A program made the translations under genes and the position numbers. Below, one piece after another: positions 40,326 to 64,000 of a DNA stretch of 64,000 nt. Numbering within the stretch: the first letter of the stretch is position 1; each line of letters starts with the position of its first letter. The stretch lies in NCBI GenBank assembly GCA_028534125.1, contig CM052821.1:55118001-55182000 (forward strand). The letters run 5' to 3'. The stretch is from Lama glama (taxonomy: Eukaryota). Under the pieces are notes generated by a model. The model saw only the letters and a program-made list of their open reading frames with translations, had not been told where the DNA came from and ran no database searches.

Positions 40326-41189
40326 GCTGTCCCGGAGTGGAACGTCCAGCCCTGCTCAGCCCCTTGCTCAGTGGTGTTCCAGGTCATCTCTGCATGTGGA
40401 CTGTGCCCTTTTCATAGAAATGCCCCTTACCCTTCTTTCTGTCATTTTTTTCTGCTGCCTTTCTTTCCAGTCACCTTTTAGGATTCAGCTTGGGTGTCCC
40501 TTCCTTTACGGAGCCTTCCTGGACCCTCAGAACCCCCCGTGACGTCACGCAGCCTCCCCGCCACTTGTTAATTTCACTGTCTGCACCTCCCAACTGCATG
40601 GCGGCTTTCCTCCCTGCGCCCCTGCATATCCTCCTGTCAGTGGGGCCAGAACTACCCACCCTGGCCCCCCATGGGACCCACTAAAGCCAGCAGTGTGGTG
40701 ACTGTTACCGAGGGGCTGGCCCCAGGGGTGCTCAGTGAATACTGTCTCCCTCCCTGCCCTGTTCCCGGCTCCACACCCGCTGCCCTGGGGCTGTGGGTCC
40801 CTGCAAGGTGTCCTCCAGGGGAAGGCACCATCACGAGCTCAGGGGGACTCAGGGTTCGTGAAGTTCGTAAGACATGGTCTCCCATCCCAGCGGTGACCAC
40901 CACTTAGCTCCCGGAGGCTCAGCCTTAGCACGTCTGCCTGTTGCGTGTCTGATGTGTTTCTGCCAAAACCCAGCAGGCCCTCCTTGTTGGGGAGTGTGTC
41001 CTTCAGCGCTGCGACTGTCGAGGCCCCTGGTCCTCTGTTGCTGCTCCATCGTCTGGCCCTGGTCATCTCCGCTGCTGCTGGTTCCGTCTATACTGGGTCA
41101 GAGCTTTTGTGTGATGAATATGAATTTCATTTCCGCTGACTTTTTTTTAAATTCCTTTTTCATTTTTTAAAAATCAGTTTTATTGTATT

Positions 41190-41319
41190 TTTTATTTTGT
41201 TTGTGTTGGGGGAGAGGTAGTCAGGTTTATTTATTTTTTCGCGGCGGTACTGGGGACTGAACCCAGGACCTCGTGCAGGCTAGGCATGCGCTCCGCCGCT
41301 GAGCTCTGCCGTCCCCTCC
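41190..41319 (-). mobile_element. tRNA-Ala-derived SINE
   Basis: gtactggggactgaacccaggacctcgtgcaggctaggcatgcgctccgccgctgagct. Confidence 0.85.
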
Positions 41320-41763
41320 GTCGACTGTCCTTTTTTGTGGCAAGCTTCTCTCTCAGGTTTCACGGCGCTGACGCTGAATGTATCCAAGTTGCAGCTTTGT
41401 GGATTTACTATCCACAAAGGTAAGCTGACATTTAGGAACGGGAAGCCTGTTTTCAGGACAATGGGAAGGCGCGCTGGGTTTGCAGCGGCTGTGACATGCA
41501 CTGTCCCATCGTGTGACCTTCGTGTAAAGCTGCAGGGCGTCTTCTCGGAAGGGCTGGGAACGTTCCTTCTGTGCCTTTCAAGGTAAACGTGTGAAGTCTC
41601 CCAGCCGCTCTTCTGGCCCCCACTTCCACGTGCCAAATTCTTGTGGTTGCGAAATTTCAGGCCTGCGGCATCGTTAGGAAAGATCTGGACAGCTCCAGTC
41701 AAACCTATGCTGAGTGCAGACGGTTGATGATGTGTTTGATTTAACTCATTAAAATACATAGTC

Positions 41764-41877
41764 TGGGGGGAGGGTCTTGCCCAGCATGCACGAGGTCCTG
41801 GGTTCAATCCCCAGTGCCTCCTCTAAAAATAACCCCCCTCAAAATTAATAAATAAATAAAATTTTTTTTAAATGAAA
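41764..41877 (+). mobile_element. tRNA-Ala-derived SINE with A-box deleted, 14-bp TSD
   Basis: TAAAATACATAGTC at 41750-41763 and 41878-41891; B-box intact. Confidence 0.88.
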
Positions 41878-43611
41878 TAAAATACATAGTCCCTCATCTC
41901 CTTACCATTGTTTACTCCAGTAGTTTTTCCTTCATCCTAAATGTGTTTCCTAGGCATTTTCTATACTTACTTGGTTAACCTGTTAATCATTATGCAGGTG
42001 GTAATGATTAATCTGTTTCAGTGAACTTCTGGTGCTGGGTGAAGGTGCAGAGGGCTTTTTAGCATTCTTTTGTTTATTTTGAAATGTTTTAAATCCCAGA
42101 CTAACAAGTTAAGCCAAAAAGCGTCTAAATAGTATATGTAGTATCTAAAAAATGTACAGGGAAGAATAAAGAATCTGACAAGGTAGTGAATTAGAATTGG
42201 TGGAAAACAGACAGAATTCTTTGTCTGAGAGCTGCTTATCTGCTACATAAATGGTACTCCTTTGACAAAAGTCTTGTCCCTTTAAACCACTCAGTGAAGT
42301 CTGATGAGACTTAATTTAGCAAAGGAAGACGTATACAGGTTTCTCTAAGGTGGCATCGTCAAGCATGGTGAGCAATAACCTGAGAGGTTTTGCAGTACAG
42401 TGAGAACTGAACGCAGGAAGACACAGTAGCAAAGGAATGAGAAGACTGAGGTTTGTAACCATGTATCTGGACCCTTGGGAGTCAAACGTAAGTTCCGAGG
42501 ATGAGAATTCCTGCCCAGTTCCATTGGTTCTTTTTTCTTGACTATCTGATTTCGCAGCCTGTAAACATGTTTTGACAGTGAACTGTTATTTAATAATTTA
42601 AGAGGACCTTTGCAGAAGGTCTTCGAGGTCCAATGTCAGGGATGCAGAGATGGGCAAGATACAAAAATGCCCTCGGGAGCCAGCCAGGAAGTGATTTCCC
42701 TTAGTATTTTACTTCCGTCAGATGGTGAAGCCTCTTTACTCTTTCCTCCAAGCACTTGATTTGTTTTATCTCAGGACACTTCGTCTGCTGCTTCCAGGGC
42801 AGAGTCACACTGATGACCCGTCCACGCCTTGCTGAGCAGTTGTGTTAAGTGCCGGTTGGCTGCGCGGGCCGTGGGCACAGTCCTCTTCCTCGGGACACAG
42901 GTGTTGATAAGCAGATCCCTGCCCCGTTTGCAGCTTGCTTTCCTGCCGACTTGGATCTTGTCATTCACTAATATGCTTAGATTTCTTTTGTTTCCTCTCT
43001 CGTGCTTTGCTTTTAAGTCCCCACAATGATTATGATTCACTCTGCAAATTTCTGATCACTTTCCCAAGGTAGACCCACTCTGACTTCTGTGCTAAGTGGC
43101 CTTACGTTTTGTGGTCTTTCACGCACTGACCGTGTGTGCCGTTCTGGGTGATCTGGGCTGTAAAGGCTGATGCAGAGCGGGGATGAGGCCCCAGGACCTT
43201 CACCTGGGGAGCAGGGAAGGACGTCGTGAGCCTGCGTCTTGTGCCAGCCTCAGCCGAGCTAGAGGAATGGAAGTGGAACTCCTGCAGCATCGCAGGATTG
43301 GGCCGGAAGCATGGATACAACGGTTAGCAGAACCTCCCAGGAGACGTACAGTCCAGTGGGGACAAGTGAAAATTTCCAGCACCGTGAATAATGAGGGCTG
43401 TGTCAGAACCGGCCCGAGGTGCTGGGGGAGCCCAGAGCAGAGTGTGCCGGGCCCTCCTTGGCTTTGCAAACTCAGGGCTTATTACGCCGTTAGCAACTCA
43501 TTTTAGCCTGATCTTCCGGTTGCATCATCTAAGAGTTGGTGATGAGGAAGATTCCTTAAAATTAAGGTTAACAATTAATGGTAAAATTCTTTAAAAAAAT
43601 GTTTTTAAAAA

Positions 43612-43740
43612 GAGGGCGGAGGTTGTAACTTAAGTGGTGGAGCACGTGCTTAGCATGCATGAGGTCCTGCGTTCAATCCCCAGTCCCTCTATTAAAACAA
43701 ACAAACCTAATTACCTCCCCATTAAAAAACATTAAAAAGA
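43612..43740 (+). mobile_element. tRNA-Ala-derived SINE
   Basis: agtggtggagcacgtgcttagcatgcatgaggtcctgcgttcaatcccc plus cctaattacctcccc. Confidence 0.88.
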
Positions 43741-45864
43741 AAATTCTTCCGGTGTGTTCACCTGCCCTGTGTTTGGGGGACATAAAGCCACTGTAGGATC
43801 CTCTGCCCTTCCCTCCTTCCTTCCTTCCTTCTTTCCCTCTTGCCTGTATCTTTCCCCCACAGTGTTCTGTAGTTTTCACGTGGCCTGCTTCATCATTCTC
43901 AAAGAAATGTTCTGACTCCTAGGTGCTCTGTGGAAGGCAGACTGGTAGCATCACGTCTGAGTTTCTGACACACAGAATGCGGCTCTAACATCTAAACTGG
44001 GGGGGAAAGAAGGTGCACCGAGAAGCCGAGCGGGTTTCAGGATTACCCAGGAACGGTGGGATCATACAGATGCCGCCTCTGCCCGACCCAGGCCTTACTT
44101 CCTTTCCTCAACAGCCCTCTGCCCTTGCCCTCAGCTCTCTCTGCTAGGAAACCAGAGGCCTGTTTAAGGCCCACCTGCATCCTCTCCTTATTTCTCGCCT
44201 CCTGGGCCATCCTGGGAGCTGCTGAGAAAACAGGTGGCTTGTGGTGCCTCTTCCTCCCTCCAAAGCACTGGGGGACGTAGGACATCGGGCACAGGACACA
44301 GTAACTGGCGTCTGGTTGCCCGGCTCCATGAACTGGGCAGTGGCTGTGTTCTGTGAGTTTTAGAGACAGGGATTTCCCGGGATCTCCTGGCTCCTGGGCA
44401 GAGGTGACAGCAACGTTGGGGGAGCCAGGTGCCGGAGCCCGCCAGGAAGCGCAGGCCGGCGGGGCTGGACGTGTTCAGCTCTACCCAGGGGACGCATTCA
44501 AAGGACATAGTCCCTGATCTGCTCTGGCTGGAAGCAAGTGGGGCCAGAGTGTCCAGTGATCTGTGCAAAGGCCGGTCCTCCGGGCGGAGTTCACGGTGTG
44601 GCCTCACTCCGGAGGGATCGTATGAAGGTCTTCGTGAACAGGAACTGATGTTTCTCTACATAAATCTCAGGTATCAATTTCAGGCAACTGGAAAGTAAAA
44701 TGATAAGATCTCGGATTCCCTGCATGTGATGACAAGGACACTAACATCCTTTTGTCATCAAAGATCAGTTGCCCCCATTCTGAGGCTCCCGGCTGGAAGA
44801 CAGAATATTTGCAGGAATAAAAGGCGGCTGTCCACGTTGAGAATATGATGAGATGGAAGAGGTGGCAGTCACGGCCCCATCGGTAACACAGCCTCTGCCC
44901 GGCTACCGGGTATTTATCAGGCTGAACTTCACGGTTACGTTAGTAAGTTAATGACTGCAGTTGGAAGCAGTTTATAAAATATCTTACTTGCCATGGGAAG
45001 AAATCTTCCTTCAATTATGATGAAGAATAAAATATAGTAGGAAAAAAATGCCCAGATTCACAGCCCAATTACACTAACAGATTCTAGAGGAAGTCTTCTA
45101 AGTCTTATGGAAGGTTCATGATTCTCTTTTATTTTTCCTTGTGTGTTGCTGTCGGCTGTGGCCACTTACTGTCAGAATTCCAAGCATGGGATGTGAATTT
45201 CACCAAAGACATGTGAGCTGTAGCCACTTTTCATTTCCAGAGGGAGCTGCGATTCATTCATCTTTGCACTTAAAGCTGCTGTTGACTTTCAGCAAGGCTG
45301 AAATGGGACGTGTTTTTACGCAAGTGCATTCTGTGAGTTTGCTTTGGCGGCGTATTCTCAGTCCGTCAGAGAGCCTGGCCTTCTGTGGTCTTGGCAGGGT
45401 GGCAGCCACCTTGCGGTGAGCCCTGGCCGCTGTTGCTGGCCTGCACCTCCTCTGGTCCTGTCCCAGGTGTGAGCTGTGGGCTTCATTTCAGATAGGAAAA
45501 TAGTTCCAGGGCCTAAATGTCACCTCGTCAGCCTTGCTGGCAGTGAGTGACTTGGCTGGGCCTGGGGGGGACCTGGAGCAGAGCCTCGGGAAGGCAGGGA
45601 CGGGAGGGCAGTTCAGGGAGGTGGGTCTGGGCTTAGGCGCAGAGAACAGCACAGGGAGGTCTGGATGAGGCGATGGCCCGGTGCCACTGGTCACCACGGG
45701 GGTGGGGGCCGGTGACGAGGGCGAGACCGAGGAGACACGTCAGCAGGGCCCGTGTTGTGCGGAGGACCCTGGGCATGAGTCTGAAGGTCAGCGGAAGTGG
45801 TTTCGGATGTTTGTGCCAGAGCGTGAAACCAGCCACTGCGGGAAGAGCCGCTGTTCTGACTGTC

Positions 45865-46448
45865 CCTGCACACGTTTGCTCCGGCTGCCGTAACAAAGTG
45901 CACAGACTGGCCCTTGAACAACGGAAACTTCTTTCTCGTGCCCCTGGAGGGTCCAAGTCCAAGATCAGAGCGTCAGCAGCTCTGGTTTCTCCCGGGGCCT
46001 CTCCCCTCGGCTGGCAGGTGGCTGCCTCTCGCCGTGTCCTCGCGTGGTCGCCCCCTGCCTGTGCGCACCCCTGCCGTCTCTTTGCGTGTGTCCTAATTTC
46101 CTCTCCTTGGAGGGACACCAGCCACATTGGATTAGGGCCCTGCTAAAGGCCCTCATTTTTTTTTAATTCTTGTTTTTTGCTGAAGTGTAGTCAATTTACA
46201 ATGTGAGTTTCAGGTGTACAGCAAAGTGATTCAGTTGTACATACGCATACATTTTTTTTCAGTTTCTTTTCCTTTGCAGCTCATTATAAGAAGTTGAGTG
46301 TAGTTCCCTGTGCTGTACAGTAGATCCTCGTAAAGACTTCATTTTAATGCAGTTGCCTCTGTATTATCTCCAAAGACAGCCACATTCTGAGGTCCTGGGG
46401 GGCTAGGGCTCCCACATACGAATTTGGGGGGACACAGCTCAGCCTGTA
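45865..46448. mobile_element. MLT1-like LTR interrupted by an antisense L1 3' fragment (~46155-46330)
   Basis: gctgccgtaacaaagt...aagtccaagatca...ggattagggccc | insert | cacattctgaggtcctggggg...gaatttggggggacaca. Confidence 0.75.
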
Positions 46449-47111
46449 TCCGCAAAGAAAGCGTTCTTCTGCTCGCTGGTGGAAACAGGCTAGTGCTGTC
46501 GGGGACTGGCCTGTTTAGATGTTTTTAACTCCACGATGTTCTTGTCTGGCGCAGTCATCTTTCAGCAGGACCTATGTGAGTCACCCACAGGTGCACGGAG
46601 GACACGGAATATTGCTCCCAGTGTGCCCGCTGACCGCCCTTCCCTCCGCTCTCCCCAGACCCCTAGCTGAAACACACTGACCTGTCATTCCTAGAAGTAC
46701 CCGCCTGCTTCCCTCTGAGGCTTTGCACCTGCCATTCGTTTTGCTGGAACCTCCCCCAAGACATCTGTACAGCTCCCTCCCTCATTCCCGCAGGTGTCTG
46801 CATCCCTGCTCCGCGAGGCCCTTCCCCAGCCTGCCGTGCGGAGCCGTGTCCACTCCCCTCCTCACGCCAGCATCGCTGTATCACCGTCAGACATTCCAGA
46901 TGTGTCCCCACCAGAAGGGGTGTTCCTGGACAAGGGGGACTTCGTGTCCTCTGCTGTTTTTTCTACCTGGGATACGACGGACTGAGCTCAGCACGTGGTG
47001 TGTGCTCGGTGACACAGGGGTGGCCTCCATCCTAATCGGCTCCGGCTCCTGGGTTGTTTTCTTGTTTAAAGATTTTTATTTTCTTGGTGAGCTTATCAGG
47101 AGTCAAGCTGA

Positions 47112-47200
47112 GGGGGGTGGGCATAGCTCAGTGGTAGAGCACATGCTTAGCATGCATGAGGTCCTGGGTTCAATCCCCAGTACCTCCATTTAAAAAAAAA
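47112..47200 (+). mobile_element. tRNA-Ala-derived SINE ~145 bp upstream of the first coding exon
   Basis: Near-consensus head + poly-A; TSD agtcaagctga / agccaagctga. Confidence 0.92.
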
Positions 47201-47385
47201 TAGCCAAGCTGAGGAAAGGCGGCCAACAGGGTTACTTTTTAGGTGGTCAGTTCAGGTGTGTCTTCACCGAGCAGTGATGCTTCTCTGCGGGGAAACCGCC
47301 GTCCCTGTGCGCCCGTTTCACCCGTTGCGTCTCTGTCGTCCCAGGAGGCTGGAGCCCACCCTGAGGCCAGCCCCGTCCCGCCAGG

Positions 47386-61745
<14,360 letters not shown>

Positions 61746-64000
61746 TGTCCTGCCCATGAACACAGAAGAGGAAGTCGTGCAGGGTTTCTGCCGGCGACAG
61801 CACGACGCGTGAGCGGTGGCGGCGGTGCGACTGTGCACACGCGGCCACACTTTAGCCTTACACGACGGGAGTCTGGGCTCCGGGTAACCGAGTCCTGTTC
61901 CACGTCTCTGTCTTCTTTTAACCAGTACTTCTGAGCGCGTGCAAAGTATTGAAATGCCGATGGTAGGCGGCTGACAGTCCGGACTTGGAAAATTAAGAAG
62001 AGTGATGTTCAGCGGTCCGATTTTAACACACCTGATGTTAGTTAATCATCACAGGTTTCTTTACATCATGTTCGTAATTTGCCGTTACGTTAGCCTCAGA
62101 ACTTGCGCTCTGTCTTCCCTTTTCGCCACCTTTTGACTGTCGTGCTCCTTTCTAATTTGGAAAACTAATCAGCACTTTCTAACTTTCATAATCCTGTGAG
62201 TCTAGGTGCATCCAAAGGTTAGGCGTTTTAGAAGCAGCCAAGTATTTATTTGGAAGACTTCGATTATGTTCCCTGAATTTGAAGAAAGGCAACATGCTGG
62301 GCTTTTTTCACCATAGGATTTAGGATTCCGAGAATTCTCTGATAAGCTGTGCGCAGGCGGGGTGGCTTTGTTTCAGTGTGCTGCTTTCCTGCTTAGGGCT
62401 GATACGTGGAGAAGTCTATCCCCAGGTTTGTGTAGAAGGTCCCGGAAGCCGGTCTCAGGCCCCTCTGGACTTGGTTCTTTGCCGTGTGAAGCTAGCGTCT
62501 GTGGTTGGCAGGGACGAGACAGACTGAACATAGGTCAGCTTCCCATTCCTCTCACCTCGATTCCCCCTCAAATCTGAACCAGCCCAGTCAGGCTTTTGGG
62601 GGCCATGGGCGTGTCTTCAGGGGCAAACTGACAAATGATTTGTAAATGTTGCTCTGGGCCCCCTGCCCCCATCAAGGCAGCTCTGTGGTCTTTTTCTATG
62701 TTGCTTTTGAAATATGCAGCTTTATTATTTTTTTTTAAACACTTGCTGGTGGTAGCTGCTTCGTGGAGAGAAGATGTGGCAGATGTGAGTTCATGGCGTG
62801 GCTCGGGGGGTGGGCAGGGGTCTTATCCGGAGAATGGTGCCGGGTGGAGGGGTGGGGTGAATCTCAGGATTCCTGACAGGCTGGTGGTTTCACAGAGACG
62901 GAGAGTTGTCTCCTCTTCCAACTATGTGCGGAAGGGGCTTGGCCCAGTATCTAAAATAGTTGTTTCAGCCTTAAAGAGCAGCTCCTCAGCCTCGGTCCAG
63001 TTACGAAAGCAGTGTTGTTTATGGGTGTGTCTCAGAACACCTGGACCTGGAAAGCCTCTCTGTCCGCCGCAGCAGATGAACTGTCCCGTCAGAGGGCTTG
63101 CAGCAGGGCCTCCCCCCGAGCCAGACGGGCTGAGCCTGCAGGCTCCGCTGACTCTGCAAGGTCCGTGGGCGCCTCCTGGACTGACAGCACTTACGGCCTG
63201 GTTGTACCTTAGCTCCCTCCCCCTTTATCTTTGAGGAATTCGGTTCTGTAAGGTCATTGTTACTATTTGCTGTTGAAGAGTGACTAGGATGGAATTTGGT
63301 TAAGTTCCCAAGATCAGCATCACTACAAGCGGAACTGTGAGACCTCAACTAGAAAAAAGCAAAGGTTACAATCAGGATGTCCTTTTGACATAACACATGT
63401 AGCGATGTTTTTTATCTTCATTTTTTAAGATATATCCAATCAAAGGATCTGTTGGAAGCAAACAAAGGCATTTCCTCTTTAGAATGACACCAATCACGGG
63501 TCTCCCTAAGTCAGAAGGGCTTTGAGTCACGTGGTGCATCCATTTCCTGTTCTCTCCTAAAGTGCGACCTCCCCGGGCTGGGAGCCTGGCGGGCTGTGGC
63601 TTGCTGCAGGTCTCCGGTCGCGGACTGGATTCTGGGGCCAGGCGTGTGTCGCCTCTCGCTCTGGTGTCCAGGGACAGATCCACTCAAATGGACGCGACTT
63701 CGGAAAGTGAACCTTGAGACGCAGGCTTTCAGAAAAGCTGTCCATCCTGTTTAGATCCTCGTGAAGCCTACGTAAAACAGCTCCCAGTTTATACTGGCCG
63801 CAGGAGCAAGCCGACGGGGGCCCAGGCGCTGCATCGGCCGCGTCAGTGAGCCTCGGCCTCTCCTGGGGCCCAGCCAGAGTACCCGCCGCACCCCTGGGGA
63901 AGCCACAGAGGAGGCCACAAGCGACCTCAGTGTGAAAGTCACTTGACCTTGTTCCCTTGTTAATAAGAAGAAATTCGTTTTGAACGACGGTGTCACTGAT
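61746..64000 (+). other. PPARA: PPARA 3' UTR (partial, likely extends beyond window)
   Basis: Follows the stop codon; I found no AATAAA/ATTAAA up to the window end; mammalian PPARA has a multi-kb 3' UTR. Confidence 0.75.

Noticed and set aside
47112-47190. tRNA-Ala-like gene (and similar copies)
   Set aside because: Acceptor stem does not pair properly; poly-A tail, TSDs and ~16 diverged copies show these are SINEs.
62635-63996. ORFs in the 3' region (e.g. 199 aa at 62635) or a neighbouring gene
   Set aside because: No homology recognised; position is consistent with PPARA 3' UTR.

Overview
Mammalian genomic DNA containing the complete coding sequence of PPARA (peroxisome proliferator-activated receptor alpha, NR1C1) on the + strand. 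The gene has a TATA-less CpG-island promoter (~3050-5200), two non-coding 5' exons (~4040-4137 and 5297-5379), a ~42 kb repeat-rich intron, and six coding exons (47386-47593, 50897-51057, 53181-53319, 54087-54289, 58777-59224, 61498-61745). These sum to 208+161+139+203+448+248 = 1407 nt (468 aa + stop), all with GT-AG introns. The 3' UTR appears to run past the window end. About 16 tRNA-Ala-derived SINEs point to a camelid genome (inferred). The introns hold L1 remnants, an ERV1-like solo LTR, MaLR LTRs, Tigger/MER DNA transposons and one 162-nt assembly gap. I see no evidence of a wholly new multi-gene system. The best leads are locus-level: (i) the frame entered by skipping the 203-nt exon lacks the early stop of the human truncated isoform and stays open for 122 codons; (ii) a tandem +4 splice donor; (iii) inverted SINEs bracketing the start-codon exon; (iv) unusual substitutions at conserved residues (M430L, N217S); (v) two old ~95-bp intronic duplications and a degenerate 33-bp array. 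Repeat family names and human comparisons are from memory, not from searches, and repeat boundaries are approximate.
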